Source: Obrimoposthia wandeli
Lineage: Eukaryota
Reading direction: 5' to 3'
Assembly: GCA_977020255.1 (NCBI GenBank)
Contig: CDROCS010001044.1
Coordinates: 806,001-870,000 of the forward strand
Length of the DNA: 64,000 bases
The notes below the pieces were generated by a model. That model did no database searches, had not been told where the DNA came from, and was given only the letters and a program-made list of their open reading frames with translations. The position numbers were made by a program, and so were the translations under genes. Positions 51,572-63,652 of the stretch are shown piece by piece; position 1 is the first letter of the stretch; the number at the start of each line of letters is the position of its first letter.

Positions 51572-54528
51572 TCACCAAAATCTGTTTGATCTGTTCCGAG
51601 CTGTCCCGAGTTGTTCTGTTTATTCAATTCCTTCTGCTTGGAGTTCGATTAATTCTGCCTCTCACTTTTAATCTTATTTCTCTCTATTTCAACTCTCTGA
51701 GCAAATCCGCCTATGTATCAAGTTCTGTCTCTTAAGTGGCTGATTCGTTTTAAATAGAAAATTTCCGTCTTCGTACTTCTCTGTTCTGCGAATGAAAATT
51801 AGATTTACAAATCACTTAGCAGGTGCACTTACTTATGTTGCTCCAAGTGTCGACGGCTGGAGTTTCTCACGCGTCGATTAATTCCGCATCTGAATTCTTC
51901 ACTAAATAATAGCTGCTGGAGTTTCTCACGTGTTGATTAATTCCGCGTCTGATGATTCTCAACTAAGTAATATCAGCTGGGTTTTTTTCTCACTCGTTAT
52001 TAATTTATTTCTTCAAAAATGTGGTATTATCTTTTTCTGGGACTAGTTAATCAAATTCATTCCCCTACATTCTTGCACACTCCACACGACCTCTTCAACG
52101 TCCTTAATTATTTCATTTTTATTCCCTTATTTTAACAATTTCTCATTTTTATTTCGACCTTTGATTTTAAGGTTAGCATTTTAGTATATAATTATCATCA
52201 TTTGATTTATTTTTCACTTTCCTAATTTTAATAAATATAATTGTTGAATGAACAATTCACTACACGTTTCTGTTGCGAATTTACATTCCACCTAATCATC
52301 GTTGCCACTTCTAACTTCACAACCTTGTTATTTTTTGCATATCCTTCGCGATTGTATTGTTTTTTTCCAACGTGCTAGTCGTTTCAATTGTATATGATTG
52401 GCACCACCATCCACCAGCAGGTATAGACAAAAATTATGTCCACTGGAATTTCCAATCAATCTAAAAAAATTGCAACTTTTATTTAATCCAATTAGCTGAT
52501 TTGTGAATTTTCTGTTTGAGCTGATTTTGCGAAACAGTCGGCCTGTTTTATTAACACATAGATCAATGTAATATGGTATGTTTGCACACGAACAAATATC
52601 AGCTGTAGATGATAGGGGATATAAAACTCGTGTCTCCTACCAGTTCGGTAGGTTTTTGATTGTCCGATTATTACTATGTAAATTGTTCCATCCTTAAGAA
52701 TATCTTCAAAATTTAAATATGTTATTTCTGAAGCTTAGTGCACCAAGCGTAAATCTAAAACCATTGCGAGCTTTATAGGCAGATTTTCATTAGTTTTTAT
52801 GGATTCACACAAATACTAGTTTATGTATTCCATAGTTAATTTTTATGATTTTACTAAACAGCTTCTTCATATAGATTTTAATGATAGGATAGGAGATATA
52901 ATCTATACTTTCTTCAATTTGTAAATATTCATTTATACAGGATGACGTATGCCATTTTTTCGACGCTTTTAATGTCTGAAACATACAAAATAGATTTTAA
53001 AAATGTTCTAGAAACACTTCATAATTTTAAAAGCATTGTATCTTTTATACTATCACTGATAAATTATGGTTCTTTTACAGCTCATAATATCTGCCTTGTA
53101 ACCAGTTGATAATTCATTCGTCATTTAATATATATTATTATTTAATCAATACAATTATAATAAATATCAAGACACTATTACTTTACTACGATAATATTAG
53201 TCGAAATACTTCATATTTGAGTTTATTATAGTTGGACAAAGTACATATTCAGACTCAAATGGTTACACTACGACACTCAAACTCTTTTTTGTACAATCGG
53301 GCTGCGCCCTCATTCCAAAATGACGTTCTCGTGTTTAATTTCTACGCCGCTATCGTTGAAAAATATTTTATCAATAGAAAACGTGTAATAATAGACTGTC
53401 TGTGACTCACGTCTGATGTAGTTAACAATTATGATTTGAACGTTGACTTGGCCTATCAGGTCCCGCAATGCGGTAAAGTGCATTTCATGTTTTATTAAAG
53501 ATTATATGCGCATGTTGTTTGGCCAGAGGGCGATTGTGGTTTGTAACTGTATACGTGTGGTGAGCCAGTCTGGGCTATATAATATCCATATGATTGCTGT
53601 AATCGTTTTTTTGAATATGATGAGGAAAATGCGAATCGATGTAATAAAAAGTATTGATAATGTATGTCGATAAACGACTGAGTGGGCTGTGACGAACAAA
53701 GAAATGAATTGGAATTTGAAATTCTTGATGTGTTGACAGACGATGCCTAGCTCAGTTTTAGTAGCAATGAACCTAGTGTTGTGTGTTGTGTTTAATAAAG
53801 AAAATATGAAGAAGTTGGGATATTTCCAGCACAATTGAATTCGAAATTCTTCTAATTAATCAGAAAAATGTAGCATATGAGAGACTAAGTTGTTTGGAGA
53901 ATTTATTAATATCCAATAGAAAATCTTATTACATTATTCCGTGAAATGCAAACTTCCAACAATTATCAATGAACGCTTCTGACTCATTCTGTAATTGAGA
54001 TTTTGTCAGCAATTGTCTCAATTTAGGTGACAATGAAATCGTTCATCTCATTTGGTATCTGAAGTTTTCTACCTTAATTAAGAAAATAAAAAAGAACTAT
54101 TCTGCTAAAAATTATGTAAAGTCAGCTTGCTGATTTGTAATCTTTTATTTAATATTTGAATATTCATGTAATTGGTATCTTTGATGTGATGTAAATACAT
54201 TTTTGATGTACAAAACTTACGCCTGACTAATTTTAACTACGAATGTAACTTAAACACCGCTGTTGTTGGTAGTAGGAGCTTCTAGGAACTCGTCATTTGA
54301 GCTGCATAGGCCACTAATAAAACTGTAGATTGTAAAGAGTTACAAATAATATAGATTTGAGTTACAGTTTATGCATATACATGATAAACTCTTCATTCGT
54401 TAGAATCTTTATTTTCTCTTCTACTTTGAAAATTGTATTAAAAAAATAAAAATATACGTTAATCCTATTTTAGAATGCCACATAGCTTTTACTGTGAGTT
54501 ATGTCCTCCCTCGTATACACAAATGCAG

Positions 54529-54675
54529 AGTGACCTTGAAAAGCAACACGGGCTACCTTGGGCTCCCTTTATGGATCGGGAAAGAGCGACAAAGTGTAAC
54601 AGTCAATGCGGCTTCATCAAGTTCGTGATCCTGCCACTGTTCGAGCTACTGGCAGAAATTTTCCCGCCGCTGAAA
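54529..54675 (+). CDS. PDE9: PDE9-like catalytic exon with the invariant Gln (SDLEK...APFMDR...SQCGFIKFV)
   Basis: aatgcag acceptor, gtgagt donor, 49 codons, phase 0 to 0. Confidence 0.97.
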
Positions 54676-55350
54676 GTGAGTTAACTTGTGTCCAATGGAA
54701 TAAGGATAATGATCAGCAATTCAAAACTAGTCAAAAGTCAAAACTGGAATCCGAAATACTTATTTACGCAAATTTGCAAATCCCAACTGCTGTTTGGCTA
54801 TTTTATATCGCATTCTCGAATGTCTGTGTGCGCTCAATTACAATGCCAATAATTGCATTGGGTATTTTAGAACTAAACACACATAATTACACTACCACTA
54901 ATTTAGAACATTTAAATATTAAGCTTAGTTAGAAAAATGTAGATTTAGCCAAGAGCTTTCACTATGTTGTCGAAGCCAAAGTATCAATTAATGTTACAAA
55001 ATCTTCTGATCAAGGTTTGTCTACAATAAGCTAAAAAGGCCTAGAAAGGCGAGCAAAACTTTTAAAACCCTAATTAGCAAATTTATTTTGTTTTTCAATT
55101 TTGTGAACTAATTAGATTCAAACACAAATTCGATTAAATAATGAACCACATAAATTTTAATTTGAAAAAGAATAATTAGGTTGTTGCATTATTAATGTCG
55201 GTTTTAAATGTAAGAATTTCAATTCATCTTATATGTGTTTTAATGAATCATATTTTGTACTTGCATTATTTATTTATTGCGTATTTATTAAAGTTATACA
55301 GTATGTAAAAAATTATATATTTTAAAATAGAAAATAACTCAAAATTTGGT

Positions 55351-56080
55351 ATGAATCGGAGCCGAAAATGGATTATTCTTTTTTATGAATATAAAATAGA
55401 ACACAACGTAGCGAACGCATTCAGAAATAAATGTATAACGTTTGGTGAAGGTTTTTCTAATGAAAAACAATTAAAGGATGGCTTGAAAAGTTGTGACTTA
55501 GAAATCAAGTACATCGTGGAACTTCTTTTACCATAGATAAAGACAATCTGAAGCAAGTTGTTAAATTAAATTAAAATAGTACCTATCGGGAACTCGCGAT
55601 TCTGTTTCAGTTTCTCTACTCAACCATTTCCAGGCATTTGCTTAGGGGAAAGTTTAACAAATGAGTACCTCATGAATTACAAGAAATTAAAAAAATCAAA
55701 AGATTTATGTTTTGTTCGTCACTTTTCTTTAGACAACTGAATGTAATTTTTGGAACGTTTCATAACTTGTGATGGAAGGTGCATAATCTGTAACAATATG
55801 GGACGTTCATTTCAATGGTGTGAACTGGATAATGCACCTCAGTTAATACCGAAACCAGCATTCCACCAAAATTATGATAACTGATTGATAACTTCGACCT
55901 AGCTCCAACCGATTTTTATCTCGGCAAGTATTTATCGTCAATTTTGTATGAAAGAAATTTGATAATATAGGAAGTTTAAAGAGTTTTACAACTCTTTCGA
56001 GTCAAGAAATCAATCAGGTTTCGAATCTTTTACAAAACGTTGGAGAAATATATAGAAACAGAATGGTCTTATTATGATTA
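55351..56080 (+). mobile_element. Decayed, internally deleted mariner element
   Basis: LFYEYK..HNVANA.RN....FGE, STYRELA, (W)VPHEL, ERFITCD, QW......PKP, then a jump to DLAPTDF and KRWR....SYYD*. Confidence 0.85.
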
Positions 56081-56116
56081 ATTATTGTTTTAATATATGT
56101 AAATAGATTGCCGACA

Positions 56117-56317
56117 GATTGTGAAGGAAACATCACTGGTTATTATAGAGGAAGAATTTAAAAAGCGTTCAGATGTCAGAGGAAATAAAATAAAAGGCAG
56201 CCAGTTACACAACAATGACGCATAATGCTGTTGAACGAGGTCAATGTTCTTTGAACTGTGCCAATTATGCTACAAAATGAAAGATGTAAGCCGGAAGGGA
56301 ATGCCTTGCCTGATAAT
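56117..56317 (+). repeat. 201-bp dispersed direct repeat, copy 2
   Basis: About 94% identical to 50702-50902. Confidence 0.95.
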
Positions 56318-57913
56318 GCAAGTACACTCCGTTATACAAGAGAGGGAAGAGGTGCTACAGGAACGACACAGTGGATTTCGGAGGGTGTTATTGGAGAGAG
56401 GAGCAAATGGATGTCACAATGCCATTGTCGATGTGAATGTGCTGTTGTAAGATAGAATAAGAATTTATGGTGTCGTCAGTTACTAGAAATTTACAATTGG
56501 TCACTTGGGGAAACGAAGGCTTAAGGTGGCATCATCTGAGTTCAAAAATATTCTCCAGTTGAGGTTTAGAAGGTGCACGGAGCTGCTCAAATCTGCAGTT
56601 GAAATTGCAGACGACACCCAATGAATTTTGTTTATATTACCTGCCACCTGTATCACCGAATCACGTCCAATATAAAATTTTAAGATTGAAGTTTCACATA
56701 ACGATCTTTTGAAGCCTTCTAATCTTTTCAGACCATTTCCCATTTTGCCTACTGAAGCCAATCCTGGGCTACTTTAATTTATTATGCAAAATGTTATGTA
56801 ATCTAATCACCGAATAATGTCGTAATTATCTTGTAGTTTACATATTTAAACATTTAAAAAGATCTGAATCATTAAGAATTATTAAAAGCACTTTACAAAT
56901 CAGCAACTCTGACGTTTTGATTTGTCTTCTGAATTATTTAATATTACGCTTTTTTACTGCTAATGGAGAACTATTATAAAGATTACATGGCTGAAAAATA
57001 CAGTATTATGTCTTCAATTTAAATCTAAATTTGCAATTCTTCTGTTATCGTCATTTTTCACAAATATATTGAATGTGGAATTTTATTTCCTAAAATTCTC
57101 CCAGCCTTGTTTATTGGTCTATATAAATAGAATCTGTTTATATAAATTGTGATAGATGAGTTGTGGAAGTCTCTAAATTTCATAATAGTATGAAAAAAAT
57201 GTTGTAAAGTAACTTCATTTTTATTCATAAACTTTATGATTTGTTAATGTATTTTAAACAAGAATTTAATATCAATTTTCCTCTATTTTAAATTTCAAAA
57301 TTTCAAAATTTTATGGTTTATTTGATGATATTGTTCAATTATTTCTGAAAGATAAAATAACCGAGAAAATTAATCTTTTATCTAATCCCGAAATTCTGGG
57401 AAATAATTCCAAACAGATGTCTTTTTCATCCTCTTTTCCTATTATAACTTGTTCAAATGTGTAAATTTATTTTATAGCTTATTTATTGTGTCATTTAGTT
57501 TGTTAAACAACAGTTACTTTTAAATGGAGTTCAAAAATAGTTAAGGTTTAGTTTTTCTGATTAAATGATTTTTGTTAGAAACTTTAAAGTACTTAAACTA
57601 CTATAATTATAACATATTAAATGTTACGTTGAGTTTCGATCTTAAAATACAAACTATAATTTCACACATTATCTATCCTATTTCTTTAGATTTATGGATA
57701 TTTTAAATTTAATGAAGTTGAACCAAAAAACCATTTATAGCTAAAAAGTACAATATTGGAAAATTCAAATTTTCTTATTTAAAAGAACCTAAAACAACTT
57801 CATTGTGCAGGGAACTATATATAAAACTAATTATAAGGCACACATACACAGGTATTTAATAATATATTTATACATACGTAATGAGAAATACCTATGGAAA
57901 ATTATCGACTGGA

Positions 57914-58176
57914 CCCCAGCATGGGAAAGTACAGGGACCTGATACTGGGGACAAGCTGAGTATTATTACTTTGACCTTGTAAAATACCCGTATACACAGT
58001 AAAAACCTTACTTCATTACAAGTGTGATACTAAATCCCCAGCATGGGTAAATATAGTGCCCTGATACTGGGGAATAACTTAGCATTATTACTTTGGCCCT
58101 GTAAAATACCCTTGCATGGTAAAACTCAGTTAAAACCTGTTTCACCCCAGATTTAGTACTAAACACCTAGCTGGGG
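57914..58176. repeat. ~122-bp tandem duplication with CCCCAG...CTGGGG inverted hexamers
   Basis: Units at 57914 and 58036, with a third ccccag..ctgggg at 58145-58176. Confidence 0.85.
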
Positions 58177-58679
58177 CCCATAATTATTTTTATATAATTT
58201 TATCTTTTACACAAATAAACAAGTATTTGACACATAAATTCTAACAAATTATAAGTGCTGTTAAATTTTTTGTTAAAATTTTATTAGTAACTTATAAGGA
58301 ATTCTTTGTTTTATTTTTATAATATTTCCTAATCTTCCTCTTTAGTATAAGGAGACATGGTAAAATTGAGCTGTGTCGATTGTTGACAGTGGAATTGATA
58401 GTGCATAATTAAAAATGAGTTTAATTTCATCATAGAAACGAGTTACAGGATCCTTTAAATAGTCTTGCATTTAAAATGTTGTGCTACATTATTGTCAGTA
58501 ATTTTTTTTTCAAATATTAATTTATTATGATTTATTTGAAAAAAAATAAGGCCAGAAAACTCAAATTTGCATCGAAACATTTGAGATTGGAACCTGATGG
58601 CACGTGTTTTATTAAAACTGTAATTAGATGCCACACGAACCATTCACAAGCTGACATATCTCTTCATTATGGCTGTCAG

Positions 58680-58964
58680 GAAAGTCTGCTGAACACGGTG
58701 CTGAGTCAACTGGACTACTACACCCGCCTCCAGGATCAGCCAGAGCCGAGCCAGCTAGTGGGAGCCGTCCCTAGGCGCCCCTCTTTTGCCTCCCTTACAC
58801 CCGCGTCCACGTCAGTGGCAGTGGTAGCCCCTCAGAGGAAGTACAGTGCCGGTACAAACACTGGCTGCCAGTCTGCGCTTACCGGCATCGCTCGCAAGAC
58901 GTCCACTGGGTCTCTACCGTCCCGCAAGTCGAGCACTGGCTCTATGGTGTTAGCTCAAAGTTAA
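58680..58964 (+). CDS. PDE9: PDE9-like terminal coding exon (last helix plus Ser/Thr-rich tail)
   Basis: tgtcag acceptor in phase 0, GC-rich frame to TAA at 58962-58964. Confidence 0.88.
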   Translation, partial: ESLLNTVLSQLDYYTRLQDQPEPSQLVGAVPRRPSFASLTPASTSVAVVAPQRKYSAGTNTGCQSALTGIARKTSTGSLPSRKSSTGSMVLAQS

Positions 58965-61189
58965 CCGCACCTTCCCCACACACACTCGCAGACAGGCTGC
59001 TCTAATAGACACAGATCAGGAGCACGAGAAAAAACCCGAAAATGTATCTTAAAATATTCCCCCCACTCAAAAATGAGCATAAATGCTATACATTTGTCGT
59101 ATTATCAGTTAGAGATTTATTTTCAAAAACATTTCTATAATTATGCTGTCTCTCTCTCTCTCTCTGTTGTTTGAACTTCGATAAGCTTGTTTGTGCAGTC
59201 TACTTTGTCACGATAGTATTTCCATTGGTGAAGTGTTCTCTGGACATTTCTGAATATAATAAATATGATTTCTGGAATCAAAGGAGCATTTAAGCAAATT
59301 AGTTCACTTTTTATCTAGATTGCTTGATGAAAAATTCTTCACTAACTTGAACTCACATTACCGTTCCAAAGGGATCAAAGAGTCATTATAATTCAACTTA
59401 ATAACAAAACAGAATATGTTCGTATATTTGTCATTTTCTTTCTTCTTCCGTTCTCCGAAAACTTCTTCAGACAATTATTCGTATTTAGTATGATGTATCT
59501 ATGAACATTTCTTGCATATCTTATCGGTATACCTATATATATATATATATCCTAGTCTCAGAAAGCGCTCATTTCAAAAACAGATCTTATATTTCTTCTT
59601 AATCAAAGTCCGCTGTAGACAGGTTTCCGCAATTAGAAATTCACTATAATAAGAATGCTTGTTCTACCATAGTTTTTAAAACGTCCTTACTGTTCTACTC
59701 CAGACAAAATATATCACCATCCGTCATTTATAATTTATATTAATAATAAATTAACATTTATATATCTGGATATGGTTGGCTAGGATGTACAGGTCAATCA
59801 CGATATTATTGCAAATATATACACAGCTGTGTACCACATCATTTTCATCGACATTACCCACACACAATCAAAGAACAGTAATAATGGAAAGGGAACTTTG
59901 TCTTTAAGGAAGAAGACCACATATGTTAAACATGTTATTTTTATATGATAAATAAGCAAAATAAATATTGAACGTCAAACCTCAAAGTATCTTCCTTCGA
60001 CATCTCTGTACTTTTTTATAACGTACATCGTCAGTTATTAGTACTAACCTTTCCATCGTATTCATTGAGAAAGTCAAGCTTAATCAAAATGGGGCTCTTG
60101 ATCATCAGAAACATCTTACCATACTGCAAATTTAAAACACTGAAGAACCGTAATTTGTATGTCCATATCTAAAAATAGAATAATGACTAATGCACATTGA
60201 CTGAAATATATACGATTTTATCATATTTGTGTCTGTTTCCTATTTAATTGAATCATCCTGTAGTTTGCTAGGTTTTCATATATAATTAATTTGATTATGG
60301 TTGGATAATGTCTATGAATAAAATTTATCGCAGAACTGTTTAAACGTTTACAATGTCATTTACGGCCATTTTAACTATATATATTATGGTAGAAGATCGA
60401 ATTATAATCAATGGTGTTGATTGACTGTAGAACAGAGATATGTTTGAAACTATAAAATTGGGATAGCACAAGCATTTGAGTAGATTTTATAATGGGTTTC
60501 TAACTGTAGCGACCTTGGAGACTGCTCATTGTGAAATTAATCAACCGCAACAGCAGCAGGCAATATATTTGTGTTTATGTGTGTCAGTGTACAAATTCGC
60601 AGACATTTACCCGAGAAATCACGGTCGTGTGTGGAAGATATCAGAATGACCTCACCCCTCCTCACGATGCACTCCACATATTTCTGGTCTGCTTATGTCG
60701 CGGGGGCCAGTTGAGCAGTAATTATTTTGTGATTATTGATACATCTTTATGAGGATATTTTGTCAAATTGATCTTATTAATCGTTTTATAATGCACTTTC
60801 AACGTATACGAAAATAAATGATTTACTTCAATTTTGATACTGCTGCCTTACATTTACACCCACTCTTTTTCATTTTTTTTCTTTACCAAACTGCGTGTTA
60901 ATAAACGTACAGGGAAAAAATGACTCACCAACTAAATCTCAGACAATGGGAGACAAGTAAATATCCACTGTAGTCTGGTTAGAAGGTTCCTTGCTAAAAT
61001 GTCTTCTATTTTACGAAATATTTTACAAAATCATAAAACAGCACTTGATTATTAAACAAATTTTAACAAAAAAAATTTAACAAAGTGTTCTAAAATTTAT
61101 TGCGTAATGAAAACTAATATATAATTAAATCTAAAATTGAATTTCATCATCTGAAATTGTCAAACAATGCAAAGGCTATCAAAGTCATC

Positions 61190-61375
61190 TTCTTACTACA
61201 ACCATGTGATAAGGTTATCATACAAAATATCAAAGTTCATTGCAGGAAGAAACTCCTACAAACAACAGTTTTGAATTTAATATAGAAATCAACCTACGTA
61301 GTTGGCTTCTGCATTGACGAATGTAGTCAATCCAACAATCATTCTTAACTGCTTCAAAAAAGCAAGCTTCATCAA
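61190..61375 (+). mobile_element. Tigger/pogo DDE_1 C-terminal remnant
   Basis: LQPCDKVIIQNIKVHCRKKLL...V.PT.I.NCFKKASF matches LQPLDQGII..FK..YR..LL...TI.NCFKKAGF. Confidence 0.75.
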
Positions 61376-63084
61376 ACAGGTTTTAAAGCAATAGGATATC
61401 CCCATCACATATGCATTTAATAAACTAGAATAAATTTTTGAGCGTTTGGTGAGCGACTAACTATTTTGAAAGGAAAATATTCCCTAAGTTGATGACTATA
61501 TTAGTTTGGTTTCCAATAAAAAAGTCTGTCCCATTCAATCAATTTCCAATAATATATCTTAGATAACAATCGTAAAAAACACTAAAGGTGTTGAGGTTTT
61601 CTATTGAAACTTGTAATCTTCGTATGGAGGCTTCCAACGTGAGTTCTGTAGCAATAGGACTTACATATTGATGTGGCTTACCTGTTCTAATATGCGAAGA
61701 TTTGTTGTGATGTATGAAGAGTCTGTGTTCAGGATAACACGAAAGTCCTTAAAACTATTGTTGTGTTATGTAGGAATAAGCCGGTTAGGCCGAATTGGAT
61801 TATTATTTCAAAAAGTGTCTGACCGAACCAAGACCATAAATCGGCGAAAACTAAGCTGGACTCAATCGGTGTCGACGATAACCCTCTGACTGTATCATGG
61901 ATTAGGTTAGCGTCTCACTGGTTAGTTCTCGGTTGATATATCTCCTAGTTGCTCTAAATCGGTGCTTGGAAGGGATGGTCAATTCCAGATTTTAATTCAC
62001 GCTATTTAATAAAAATATATACATAAAATACCTTACACAAACTATGATGCTAGCTAAACTTCTTACTAGTTTTCCTTTTCCCAAACTTAAATTCATCTTT
62101 CAATTTAACAATTAAACTTTCGATTCAAATACTTTAACAATATATAAACTTCAATTTATCAATTCGACTCTCACCAATAAGAAATCTGGTCTCTCTGTAG
62201 TCCTTGAAAATCAACTGCTTGTGATTCGGAATCCTCCACACTATTCGGTCAATTCTTGCTTTCTAGGAAACCTTGTTTCCTTTAATCTGTCGTAATTGAT
62301 TTGTTATGCTCAGTCCTTAAATGCAATGACTTGATTCTTCGTCGAATAAAATTCAAAATTCTGAGAATACAATTAATTTTCTGCTACTTATATACTATCT
62401 TACCCACTAGAACTGAAGACCTGTATGTAGGTGAACGTTAACAACGAGTGATATACAGTGATTCACACTGAAATACCTGCTTAATCAGAATGCTGCGAAT
62501 TCCGTTCTGAATTTATCTACTTCACGTTTTTCTTGTAAAATCTTCTTTTTCTCTCAATCATCTTCTGTCTTGTTACACATTTTTTGTTTCCTTAAATATA
62601 CATACATATGATCTTTAAGGTCTCAATTAATATGTTTTTTTGTTTTTTTTTAAACTAATTTTAATCTTTGAATCTATCGAAGGTTAACTATTCACTATAA
62701 ATAATCATAATTATTTATTTCAGTTAAATCTTTCTTAATCTAACATACATCCGGGGTTTTAAGAAAGTTTCGTTACCTGAATTTTTTAGTGTCCAAATTT
62801 AGTGTACAAATTTTATAGTGTCACTAAATTCAAGCAAACACGCTACCTAATCTACGTTACAGTTGTAGATATATATAAAATAGTTATACAAACACGGGAT
62901 CTGTCCCAAGTGTAAGTGGTGCAAGCAGTTTTGGGGAACTACTGTTTATCGCCGGAGGCGTTTGAGGTAGATGGGGCAGGACATTCTGCGTGATGTTATT
63001 CGTCGGTTAGGGTCTTAATTTTCGTGAGACTATTATTTTAAGATTTTATGATGAAAATAATACTTTACTTAACATTTCCAATCC

Positions 63085-63181
63085 GAATTTTATTCATGTT
63101 TGAATAGTGTTTTTCACAGTTGTGAGAGTATAAAAATTGTCTTTTATAGAGATATTGTCAGATAGGGCATTCTTCAGGCAT
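63085..63181 (-). pseudogene. Second, more decayed RING-finger copy
   Basis: ATG CCT GAA GAA TGC CCT ATC TGA (MPEECPI*), paralogous to the start of 63365-63496. Confidence 0.6.
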
Positions 63182-63364
63182 TGCTGTGGATGAAGTGGTA
63201 TTGAGTGCGGACTCGGTCAAAGGTTGGTTATTGTGTGATGTTTATACAAAGGTGACTGGGTCTTCTTCCAACAAAATTTCACTTTTACTTCTATGTCTCC
63301 TTTGGGTGATTCGATTTCGATATATTTGGTAAATTGTTTTATGCATACCGGCAACGAGGGTATG

Positions 63365-63496
63365 TCAGAGTGGGTAGATCACCGTAGTTTTTATACATTG
63401 CGAAAGACATTCCTCGGGGTATAGGTGATCGCAAGTAATGGGTTTTGCTCTTCGTACATACATATCTTGTAAACATATTGGGCATTCCTCAGGCAT
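63365..63496 (-). pseudogene. Decayed RING-finger ORF
   Basis: MPEECPICLQDMYVRRAKPITCDHLYPEECLSQCIKTTVIYPL* follows C-x2-C...CxH..(H)xxC..(W)....(C)PL(C) spacing with several ligands lost. Confidence 0.75.
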
Positions 63497-63652
63497 TCTA
63501 AATACATGACTACAAATGAATTTCTACATTATTTTCTAGATTCAATTCTTTATACACTAATTAATCTACAACCTCCGGTTTGACGTACGTCAGGCTATTG
63601 TAGGAGGCGGAGGTAAGGGTCGCAAATTCACTTCATCCAGCATATGCGTGTT

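Larger units (their letters stand above)
5981..58964 (+). other. PDE9: PDE9-like cGMP phosphodiesterase gene span (11 supported coding exons; 5' end unresolved)
   Basis: Exons join with matching GT-AG phases into one ORF containing [56 protein letters not shown] and SQCGFIKFV, collinear with the human PDE9A catalytic domain as I recall it. Confidence 0.93.

Noticed and set aside
56244-56761. ORFs 56244, 56258 and 56501 as genes
   Set aside because: Short, partly within the 201-bp repeat, no recognisable domain.
63150-63370. UGA recoded as Cys/Sec, since both RING copies have TGA at Cys positions
   Set aside because: Other ligands are also lost by missense change, TGY to TGA is one step, TGA is the normal stop of the maT transposase, and no PDE exon contains in-frame TGA.
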